A stretch of DNA of 64,000 bases from Eledone cirrhosa (Eukaryota). The stretch's first letter is position 1. The number at the start of each line of letters is the position of its first letter. This document shows positions 53,651-64,000 of the stretch, piece by piece. The DNA is taken from contig OZ024745.1 in the NCBI GenBank assembly GCA_964016885.1, forward strand, positions 123,628,001 through 123,692,000, written 5' to 3'. The position numbers and the translations under genes are program-made. The notes beneath the pieces were generated by a model, which saw nothing but the letters and a program-made list of their open reading frames with translations, was not told the origin of the DNA and made no database searches.

Positions 53651-54650
53651 GCTTATATCAACATGTTCCTAGCAGATCGATTTTTTGTGGATTTCTCTAT
53701 ATGTTGATACTTTTATCATTTAATATTTGTCAAGTCCCTACTTTTGTTAGTTCAATTAGGGACCAGGGACTAAGATGTTCCAGATAAGTTAATTTAAAGT
53801 CTAAAGTCTGTTTCAAGCTTGGAGGCTTGTCAGACCTGTGCTTTTCATGGTTTTGTGGCATAAAGCAACTGAGAGGACCCCCCCCCCCCCTGAACAGGAC
53901 ACCAGTCCCTCACAGGGTTATACCCCTAGCTACTGCTGGTACTCATTTTCAGCTGGAGCAACATGAAATGAAGTGTTTTGCCCAAGAACGCAACACGCAA
54001 CCAAGCCCAGGATTTGAACTTATATTTTTCTTCAAAGTATTCAGAAGATAAGGGAAAAGTGAAATATAAATTACTTCAGATCATTTGGCTCAGATCTGGT
54101 TTGGATATATAAATGGAGTTTCAAGACAGTTTTGTGATGATATAAAGATTTTAAATGATGAAAAACCCAAACAATATGTATAAAGAATAAAATGTAGTGT
54201 TTTATTCAAAATTTTCAGTCGTGAAAGACTATCTCTGTCACTGATAGTTTCACCACTGACCTTGGTAGGAAAAACCTACAAAGGATTTTGCTTCAAGCAA
54301 AGCTTGTTTGACGATTAATCAACACTAAAACATTTCTGTAATATATTTGGTCTCTACCTTGCAATTTCTGAAATCTCTCACTTAGAAGAAAATAAAACAC
54401 ATATAATCTGTTCCTTCCACTTCTAACAGCTTTTAGAATGAGTTTAATTAAAGCTTATGTCTTTTAAAACTTTGACCGTTTACCAAAACTAAATCGCTCC
54501 TGGCTTGAAAAAGTGAAACAGATCTTATATTTACTCATGAACAGATTTTAAGACTGACATTTTGAAACACTGTATGTAAATATGCTGCCCCATCACTCCA
54601 GGAGTGACAGGTTCATACATATGCACATATATATATACATATATATATAT

Positions 54651-54846
54651 GGAGGCACATGGCACATTGCTCCAGTTTACTTAGATGTAGAAATGAGAGG
54701 CACCACGGTAAAAAAGCACCCAGCACTCACTGTAAATTAGGTTGGTGTTAGGAAGGGCATCCATCTGTAGAAATCAAGCCAGAATCAGTTCCCGTCCCAA
54801 GCTTGCAAGCAGGGAAAAGCAGACGTAAAAGGATGATGATGATGAT
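54651..54846 (+). mobile_element. Internally deleted copy of the RTE-tail SINE
   Basis: GGAGGCACATGGC joined to ACATTGCTCCAG; intact 3' tail. Confidence 0.85.
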
Positions 54847-55762
54847 ATAAATATATATATACGTTTTGCCAGATTAGTATATCTATCATGTTGATCTTAT
54901 GCTTGTACATGCACCTGTTTGTTATTAGCTGATGCATATTTTGAATTTTAGACAAACAAAACCTGAATATATTTTTCTATGTATGTATATATATTTGCAT
55001 GTACATATGTGTATATGTGTTTATTTGGAAACTGTATATAGTTTTTTTTTTGTATGTGATTGATGGAGTATATTTTCAAACTGCAGTAGCAAAGAGGTGC
55101 ATATCACTGAGAAGTGACTATTCATACAAGTACATTTCTTTAATGTAAATATTCAGAAGAGAAGTGCCTATATATATAAGTGCATTTCTTTAATGTTCAT
55201 ATTGCTGTTAGCAGCTATGTTAAAAAAGAAAGAATATATATATTGTTAAAGTAACAATCCTGTTGATTGCAACTGCAGGAGTTGTGACATCAGTTTGAAT
55301 AATACCTTGTTAAGTTTTGCAATCCCTCTTGGTCACATCTAATATTCTATTTGTATTTAAAAATTTATTTTTCTATTTTAATGCTTTAGGAATTTGGTTT
55401 TCTTTACCTCAGCTTTTAACTTCTACTAACATTCTTTAAAAAAGTTTTGTTTCATGCTGTTTTATGCAGTTCCACAATTATAATTGCATTATATTTATTT
55501 TATTTTCAAAAAACTTTTTACACTTTTCTTCTTTCTTAAACTAAACCTTTTTCATCTTCTTTCATCTCTGAATTATTTTCATATCTTATTTATTTAAATT
55601 TCTTGGAAATAGAAAAAAAATAAGAAAAAAAAACATTTTCTGTGAGTTACTGAATCAAATCTCGGCTTCTCTTGTTTGCATACCCACTCACGTCTATACC
55701 AATAAACTTTGTGTAGAATAATATACGATATAGTTTCAAATCTAAGTAATATATATATATAT

Positions 55763-56137
55763 AAAAGAAAATGTTCGCTCTACATGGCTGAATACAATAA
55801 ATGTAATCTGGGTTTTTTGAATATTAATAATAACATTCCATTCGTTTGCAAATAAGCCAGTTTGGTAATATGCAAATCAGGGTGATCAGTCACTGTGTAT
55901 TTTTGAAAATAGCATATATTTTCACTAGCTCTGACAGTTTGGCAGGTGAACAGTGAGCTGTACTGATGAAGGGTGATACCCAGAAACATTAGTGTCTGCA
56001 GTTCTGTTCACATGTGAACACAAGAGCAAGAATGAAGGGTTCATTCTACTGACATGGCTATAAAATTGAGGCTTGTTTGCAAAATTGCAAATGAATCGAA
56101 TGTTATTAATATTCGAAAAACTCAGATTACATTTATT
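55763..56137 (+). mobile_element. Short HHR-bearing element with inverted copy of its 3' end, between (TA)n tracts
   Basis: 55796-55858 is the reverse complement of 56070-56137; octamer at 55870; HHR at 55946-56011. Confidence 0.75.
55946..56011 (+). ncRNA. Type I hammerhead ribozyme
   Basis: GUGAACA(GU)GAGCUGUA-CUGAUGA-A-GGGU(GAU)ACCC-A-GAAA-CA(UUAG)UG-UC|UGCAGUUC-UGUUCAC; 15-bp bulged stem I, GUC triplet. Confidence 0.82.
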
Positions 56138-56880
56138 ATATATATATAATGTACGGGATAACAAATTATCGTTATAGGTAATCCAGTTAGACGTTATGAG
56201 TACTCCGTATTGTGGATAGTTTTAACGTACAGCGTTGTTTGACTCAATAAGTGGTTAGGTGGCGAGTTCTCGGGAATTCCTATGCAGGTTAATCTTGGAG
56301 TAATAATAATGAAAGAGTGAAGAATAACATGGTCAACAGTACAAAAGGAGTTTTATTTACAGTATTAACAATTGTTTCATTGATTAGGGTGTCTAAAAAT
56401 TGCTAATCACTTGAAGTTGTGTCACTCAATTTAAAATACATGTATGCCTAATCAAATCATTGGAATAATTGATTAAAATTATACACGCCATTTGTAATAT
56501 ACTAGGAAAATTCAAATCACAACATCAGTAATAAAGAAAGAAAAAGGAAAAGAGAGAGAGAAAAAGAAAAAAGAAAAAAATAATAAATAAATAATAATAA
56601 ATAAATTAGAATGAAGATGATAAAAATAAGTAAAAAAAGTGAACATAATATGATTATTGAAAATAGTTGTGGTGGTTAAAGTTATATTGGTGTGTAAATA
56701 TAAAGATGTGATGGTATAAATATGAAAATATTAACTATATACACATATGTATTAGTTTAAATTACAGAGGGCTATATTATGAAGAAATAATACAGTGATA
56801 AATAAAGGATAAATTAATAAATTGGAAGTAAGTGAGAGGTGAAGAGAACATGATAGGATATAATGGAAGAGGTGACATAC

Positions 56881-56950
56881 TTTTAGGGAAAGAGAGTGAA
56901 ATCATTTTAGGGAAAGAGAGTGAAATAATTTTAGGGAAAGCGCGTGAAAT
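56881..56950. repeat. 24-bp tandem repeat x3
   Basis: TTTTAGGGAAAG(A/C)G(A/C)GTGAAAT. Confidence 0.9.
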
Positions 56951-57052
56951 AAAGAAAGGTTAGGAGGTTATGGTGTTGATTCAGTGATTAGTTGATCTAT
57001 TGACAGTTAATAATAATGGGTTATTATAATAGACTCTAAGTGGTTTAGTTTG

Positions 57053-57276
57053 AATTATGGGATTGCTGGATCGAATCATGTTGGTTTGACATTTACGAAT
57101 TTAGTAGCTGCTTTATGCCTACAGAAAATTGACCGTTCTATTTTGCTGTTAAGCAGCATTTTGTCATACTTTAAAATATGGAGCAATATAGAACGGTCAA
57201 TTTTCTGTAGGCATAAAGCTGCTACTAATTTCACAAATTTCAAACCAACATGATTTGATCCAACAATCCCATAATT
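57053..57276. repeat. ~95-bp-arm inverted repeat
   Basis: 57053-57147 pairs with 57182-57276 with a few mismatches. Confidence 0.92.
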
Positions 57277-57289
57277 ATTATATTATTAT

Positions 57290-58890
57290 AAAGAGGGCCC
57301 CTGAGACCAGTAAGACAACCTCTCTAGTGCTCGTGGCACGAATAAAAGCACTCAGTCCATGCTGTAAAGTGGTGCTGGTGTTAGGAAGGGCATCCAACCA
57401 GTATATATACTACTGTTAAACACAATGAACGCAACAAATGAAATTTGTAACAACTGCGTAAACAGCAATAACACTAACCATGTTAGGTCTGTGCACGGTA
57501 GTGAGGCCATGTGTGAGAACCCCACGACTGTCATCAAGCAATCGCACAACAGGAAAAAGAACGAGACATCGCATCTCAAAGTTGCCACACTTAATGTTGG
57601 CACTCTAGCAGGTAGATCTGTGAGATTGCAGAGATGTTGGAGAGAAGGCAGGTGGATGTGTGCTGTGTGGAAGAGGTGAGATGGAGAGGTGCCTCTGCAA
57701 GACTAATCACAGGCAAACATCGTAGTTATAAGCATTTCTGGGTGGGTAATGATGATGGATTAGGTGGGGTGGGCATATTACTGGCTGAGAGATGGATCGA
57801 TAAGACAATAGAGGTAGTTAGAGTTAGTAATAAAATAATTAAGCTTAGATTAGTTGCAGGCAATCATCTCTGCCTATGCTCCCGAGGCAGGCATAGGTAA
57901 AGAAGAGAAAGACTGCTTTTACGAGAAACTTTTACAAACAGCCTCAATGACAGAGGACAGAGACATGATTATGCTAGTAGGGGACATCAAGGGACATGTT
58001 GGACGGCTCCAGGATGGATACACTGGGGTACATGGTGGGCTCAAGAAATGAAGAAGGAGTGAGGCTTCTTGAATTTTGTGATGCAAATACACTAACCATT
58101 TGCAACACTAACTTCCAGAGGCCTACCAACCATCTAATAACCTACAAATCGGGCGAGCACAGAAGCCAGATTGACTTCCTGCTAGTTAGACAGCGAGACA
58201 GACAGATGGTGTCAAATACTAAGGCATACCCCGAGGAAGAATGTGCCCCACAGCATAGGTTAGTCATTAGTGATATCTCAGTAAGCATGAGAAAGAATGA
58301 GACATACAGGAAGGTGTGGAAAAGAAAGGTCTGGAAGCTAAAAGACCTTTCATTAAAATATAAATTTGACATAGATGATAACTGGTATTTCTTGTGTGAC
58401 AACTTACTGCAGGCTACTGAAGAAACTTGTGGTTGGGGCAGAGCTTCAACCAGACAGAGAGTGACCTGGTGGTGGAGCAGCACGGTTGCTAGGGCCATTA
58501 GAGACAAAAGACTGGAATGGAAGGCTTGGAAAAATGGTGGGATTAGGGAAGGATACACAGTCACTAAGAGAGAAGCTAGACGTCAGGTGTACTTAGCACG
58601 CAGGGAGGCTGAGAGCCGGAGGTTTGCCAATGTTCTGCGATGGGAAGATCAGAGACGTGCGGTATTCCGCATTGCAAAGCAGTGTGTCAGTGTAACTCAG
58701 GATGTTGTTGGAGATAAGTGTGTCCGAAATGATGCCGGTGTACTTAGTGTCACGAATGATGAAAAAGAGCAGACCTGGAAATGTCACTATGAGAGACTGA
58801 TGAATGTGGAGAACGAACGGGAGAGAGATAAATTACCCCCAGTAGACCTGACAGAGGGACCAACTATTGAGATTGACGAATATAGGGGAG
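57290..58890 (+). pseudogene. 5' portion of an RTE LINE (5' UTR + APE endonuclease), frameshifted and 3'-truncated
   Basis: LKVATLNVGTL, DVCCVEEVRW, GGVGILL, SAYAP, GDIKGHVG, QIDF, PQHRLV; closely similar to 26187-27350. Confidence 0.93.
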
Positions 58891-58995
58891 ATGTATATAT
58901 ATATATATATATATGTTTATATATAGTAATAATAATAAAATTGAAGAAAGCAGCGATTCTTTGCTTAAACTTTATTCTGTTATTTTAATAAATAT

Positions 58996-59067
<72 letters not shown>

Positions 59068-59165
59068 TTATATATATATATATATGTGTGTTTATATATA
59101 TATATATGTGTGTGTGTTTATATATATATATATATATGTGTGTTTATATATATATATATGTGTGT

Positions 59166-59205
<40 letters not shown>

Positions 59206-59212
59206 CTGTGTT

Positions 59213-59243
<31 letters not shown>

Positions 59244-59244
59244 T

Positions 59245-59275
<31 letters not shown>

Positions 59276-59350
59276 TTATATATATATATATATATATATG
59301 TGTCTGTGTTTATATATATATATATATATATGTGTGTTTATATATATATA
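58996..59350. repeat. (TA)n punctuated by TGTGTGTT (higher-order microsatellite)
   Basis: Direct reading. Confidence 0.95.
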
Positions 59351-59537
59351 CTAACGGCAGTAACCAGCATTGTCTGGGTAGGTAAAATAATATCTGCTTG
59401 GATGAAAAGGGTGTTGATCTTAGCGACTGCGAGCTTCTTGAAAATCGGTCGTAAGGTGTAGCAAAAGGCAAAATGTTGAGTAAAATCAGGACAACCCGTC
59501 TAACCCATGCTAGCGTGGAAGAACAGACGTAAAACGG

Positions 59538-59568
<31 letters not shown>

Positions 59569-59582
59569 ATATATGTGTGTGT

Positions 59583-59623
<41 letters not shown>

Positions 59624-59652
59624 TATGTGTGTTGTTATTCATTTCCTTCATT

Positions 59653-59977
59653 TCATTTTACGTCCACTTTTTCCCTGCTTGCAAGGGTGGGATGGGAACT
59701 GATTCTGGCTTGATTTCTACAGCTGGATGCCCTTCCTAACACCAACCTCATTTACAGTGAGTGCTGGGTGCTCTTTTGCCATCACACTTCCACGACCACT
59801 TTGCAGTGGATTGATATGGACCCCAGTCCCTATCATCTCATTTCTACAGCTGAGTAAACTGGAGCAATGTGAAATAAAATGTCTTGCTCAAGGAAACAAC
59901 ACATCACCCGGTCTGAGAATTGAACTCACAACCTTTCGATTGCAAGGCTAGCTCTAACCACTAAGCCATGTGCCTCC
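59653..59977 (-). mobile_element. tRNA/CORE-like RTE-tail SINE
   Basis: Closely matches 10014-10349. Confidence 0.9.
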
Positions 59978-59978
59978 A

Positions 59979-60014
<36 letters not shown>

Positions 60015-60059
60015 GAGGTCATGTCCCCAATGGCTGAGCCCCTGCTATTTCAACAGCTA

Positions 60060-60367
60060 GATTCAACTATCTTGAAATGGCCAGAGCTCAGCCATCAGGG
60101 TCCCAAATGTTTTCATATTACCCACTCTACTACCCCAAGTATTGAATGCTCTGGTGAGTAATGGTCTAACTGGTTTTTACTGCATCCATTCTGATTTATA
60201 TATACATACATATTTATACATACATACATACATATCAGAAAGGGTGTGGTAAAGTACCAGGTGGACCATAACCAACCAGAGTACTCGATACTTGGGGTAG
60301 TAGAGTGGGTAATATAAAAATATTCAGGACCCCGACAACTGAGCTCCGGCCGTTTCGACAGCTAGAT
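60060..60367. repeat. Diverged ~130-bp-arm inverted repeat with microsatellite spacer
   Basis: ATATTACCCACTCTACTACCCCAAGTAT / ATACTTGGGGTAGTAGAGTGGGTAATAT and flanks; related fragment at 28946-29000. Confidence 0.85.
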
Positions 60368-60370
60368 CCG

Positions 60371-60438
<68 letters not shown>

Positions 60439-60515
60439 GTTAGGTTTGTAAAAACAGTTACAGGTGGTGCTGTAATATACAAATACAGTTTGTACATATG
60501 CTGCAACACTGACTT

Positions 60516-60560
<45 letters not shown>

Positions 60561-60667
60561 CATCATCGTTTAACGTCCATCTTCCACGCTAACATGGGTT
60601 AGACTGTTTCGTTCAACTTGGTGTGGGAGTAGTCGGGAGACCATGTCTTGCTCGTATATATATGTAT

Positions 60668-60764
60668 TCATTTTATTAAGACTAAATAGTGAGTCTTTTT
60701 ACTCTGTTTATCACTGGTGAAACTCCAGACAAACAAGACTCACTGTTTAGCCTTGATAAAATGA
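60668..60764. repeat. ~30-bp-arm inverted repeat
   Basis: TCATTTTATTAAGACTAAATAGTGAGTCTT / AAGACTCACTGTTTAGCCTTGATAAAATGA. Confidence 0.8.
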
Positions 60765-61998
60765 CTATTAAAACTCTACTTCGGTATTGAGTACTCTTTC
60801 CTCTCAACTGTCAACCACATGTTGGTGTTGATAAACTGACATCTCATATTATCATTAATGCTAGCAGATTTTATATGAAAAGATTTTAATTGAAAAATGA
60901 ATATTTCTGTATTGGTCATCTGAGGTTGTTTCATATTAAAATGGTAAAAAAAAAAATGCCCTGGTATGTATGTTCATGTTCCAGCACTAGGATTGAACTG
61001 CTAAACTTGTTGATACATGCAGTAAACGAGCTCAAAAGCCAATTAATTCAGTCTACAATCAGTATCTTGCTTAATTTAAAACCTTGAATTTATCAAAGAA
61101 GATAAACTCCCAAATTAAATTCGCTGTTCATATTCTCTTTCATTATTTATAAGGTGCCAAGTAACTTTGTTTAAATCCCAGACTTTCCTCATCATCTTAA
61201 TTTGTTTTAAAACATTTTGATTGATATCTTCATTGAAATAAGACATTTTGTCATGATTGAACAAGACACTAACTAAGGTATCAGGAAGAAAACTAACAAA
61301 GATGAAAGTTGACAGCTTGGAAATTAAGCCATTAATATATAACTTTAGGTTTTGACTGATATTATATCAAATAATTAGCACCCTCAGAGAAGTCAGGCTT
61401 ATGTTTCCTAATATAATGTCTAATTTAGTTTCTTTTAACAAAATTTATATTACTGTGGATACTTTTATAGGTCTTCACATCTTTCACAACCTCTTATCTT
61501 AAAAATTATTTGATTAACTAGTGTACCTGTATCGGCAAAAACAATAGCATTTTTATTAATTATAGATGATGGCTTATTTTGCCAAAAGAACAATAACAAA
61601 AGCAGGTGCAACTATTGATAAATTACTTACATAAAGTGTTCAAACTTTATATCTAATAGTAAAATATCTTTCTTTGATCTCAGCCAAAGGACCAAGATCA
61701 ATAATGTGTAAATGTGATAGTGCATGCCATCTGTTGAAAATATCTCTCAATGATATATAACAACATAAACACTGGTTCCATGAAAAATGTCAGCTTTTTT
61801 AATCACATTTTTTACTGACCCACTAAATGATTTAATGATAGCTATAGGAATTTAGTTTCAAATGAAAGTAGTATATTTACGAAAATATTCTGATAGTTTT
61901 GCCTCTATGATAAAATGTCCCTAGTACACTGTAACAGATGCAGTTACTTGATAAAATGTGCCTAGTACACTCTGTAAATGTATTGTGTTGGTAACACC

Positions 61999-62255
61999 CA
62001 TCATCATCATCATCATGCGTCTGCTTTTCCCTGCTTGCAAGGGTGGGACGGGTCCTATTAAGCACGGCATCTCTCTGTTCGCCACGGTCCTTTGTCATCT
62101 CCTCCATGAGCTTCAGCAATCTGATGTCTGCTCTCACCACCTCCGCCCATGTTTTTTGTGGTCTTCCTCGGCTGCGTCTTCCTTCTACTGGCATTTCTTG
62201 GCACTTCTTTACCCAGAGGTCATCCTCCATGCACATCACATACCCATACCAATGC
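61999..62255 (-). mobile_element. 5'-truncated RTE LINE 3' end inserted into an older RTE-derived element
   Basis: MEDDLWVKKCQEMPVEGRRSRGRPQKTWAEVVRAD on minus strand; (GAT)n tail. Confidence 0.9.
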
Positions 62256-62964
62256 AGTACATTCTAAAAGTGTTTGGCATTAGGAAGCACATCCAGCTAT
62301 AGTATCCACCCTAAAAATGGCACATATGAGTAAGATGTGGCTGCACAACTCATCTAGTTTGTGATTACGATAACCCGATCAAACCATGCTAGCATGGAAA
62401 ACAAACATAAAATGACGATGTTAGTTGGAAATTAGGTTGTTTATTTATTTGACTAATATGCTAAAAGAATTCAAAAGTAATGTGGTATTTTGTTTCTGTT
62501 TCTACACTGCAATGTACACTACTGTTAGTATAAACTCTCCTATAAGAACACATACATTTCAAAATGTTACTTGCATTTTAATAAAGGAAATAACAATTGT
62601 ATTCCAGCTGCAACTATCCAGTTATTATATCATTTAATATTTTTGCATTATATATAATTTAATATAACATTAAAATCATTTATTTCATTTACAAATGCTA
62701 TAAAAACATTTCGTTTCTTTTTATATTTTATATAAAAATATTTCCTATTATATTGGTTTATTGATATGCCTTTGAATTATTTTATAGTATTTTTGTATAT
62801 AAATATACATGTTCTTGTAACTCTGTATATATACAGACTAACTTATACAGCAAGGTACTTCAGCATTTGACCATCAAAGATTTGGCTTTACATTTTACTT
62901 CCTTGGTTGTATCAATAAAATAGAATATAGCTGAAGAGAAATATTTACATGTAATTATTATTAC

Positions 62965-63450
62965 TATTGGATTGGCAGAGCATCAGACACCATGCTTTGG
63001 CTCTTTATGTTCTGAGTTCAAATCCCGCTGAGGTTAACTTTCTCTTCTGTCCTTACGGGGGTCAAGAACATAAAGTACCAGTAATGTACTGGGATAATTG
63101 TTGGCCTTGTGCCAAAAGTAGAAACAATTATTGTTACAGCGTCGGATACCATGTTTTGTGATATAGAGTTACGTCCGTTTGGGTTCTAAGTTCAAATCCC
63201 ACCTAGTCATTAAAATAAAGTACCATTACTGCTCTTGGGTCGATGTAATCGACTTTCCCTTCTCTCCAAATTGTTGGACTTCTGCCTACTTCAAAAATGA
63301 TCGGTGGATTCACAGTGTCGGTCGAGCATCAGACACCATGCTTTGCAGCATAGAGTTATGGCTCTTTATGTTCTGAGTTCAAATCCCGCTGAGGTTAACT
63401 TTGCCTTTCATCCTTACAGGGTCGATAAAATAAAGCAGCAGTAATGCATT
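62965..63450 (+). mobile_element. Head-to-tail cluster of ~3 tRNA SINE units
   Basis: GAGCATCAGACACCATGCTTTG and TTCTGAGTTCAAATCCCGCTGAGGTTAACTTT occur twice; GGTCGATAAAATAAAG. Confidence 0.8.
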
Positions 63451-63924
63451 GGACATATTTTGGTCACTGGACATATTTTGTTCATTTGTTGAATAGGATG
63501 ACTTAAAGCTTCTTTATATTGAATGCTCAGAGTGTAGAGAATGCGTAGTAGCGAAATAAATATAATAAAGCAAAATGTGATTTTTAAAAAAAAGATCATT
63601 ATAACAAATTGGCTTACCTGAGGTATTTTTCTTGACTCATTTTATTTTTCTTTATTTACTAAGCTAATGTTGGGCTGTAGCTTTGATTGCAAGTGTTCAT
63701 AAGTTGCTGTTTTTGTTTTTGCTATAGATAGTGCAAGGCAATCAGGCACAGCACTAGAGCTGTAGGAAGATTTGAATTAATTACCGTATTCCTTTCAATC
63801 ATAGAATTTTGCTGTTTGTATCCAGTTTGGAATACATACACTGTATCCCTGCCTCTCATAAGAGGTAATTAAAACTGCTGGCACCAGATGAGCCTAGGCT
63901 ATCAGTTCATGAATATTGCTTTAC

Positions 63925-64000
63925 CCCTTTAGCATTTACATTACTCTATATTTGCTATTGTATTTTCACAGTAAAGGCTTTATGTTACATAATTATCTCA
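63925..64000. mobile_element. piggyBac-like MITE family A, cut by window edge
   Basis: CCCTTTAGCATTTACATTACTCTATA start. Confidence 0.85.

Overview
AT-rich, microsatellite-dense animal DNA, non-coding at the host level (intronic or intergenic). The repeat families resemble those of octopus/cephalopod genomes (inference from recalled motifs, not a database result). No host gene can be supported; nearly all listed ORFs are microsatellite or LINE read-throughs. Real coding sequence is limited to decayed RTE-clade LINEs (26.2-28.9 kb, 57.3-58.9 kb, 51.7-52.2 kb and remnants). The window also holds tRNA-derived SINEs, TTAA-flanked piggyBac-like MITEs (often nested), hAT MITEs with 8-bp TSDs and Tc1/mariner-type MITEs. 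The most notable signal is a set of type I hammerhead ribozyme (HHR) motifs. A 468-bp x 4.8 tandem array (18126-20368) has one minimal HHR per unit, and a diverged 377-bp relative lies at 29.3-29.7 kb. A distant relative at 55.8-56.1 kb shares an octamer + TATA-like block 84-93 nt upstream of its HHR. There is also an inverted U3-A8 variant HHR pair (17.7-18.0 kb), an HHR at 46.5 kb and several decayed ones. Together they suggest a (TA)n-associated retrozyme / non-autonomous Penelope-like system, possibly with its own snRNA-type promoter. All folds were done by eye and none is experimentally tested.
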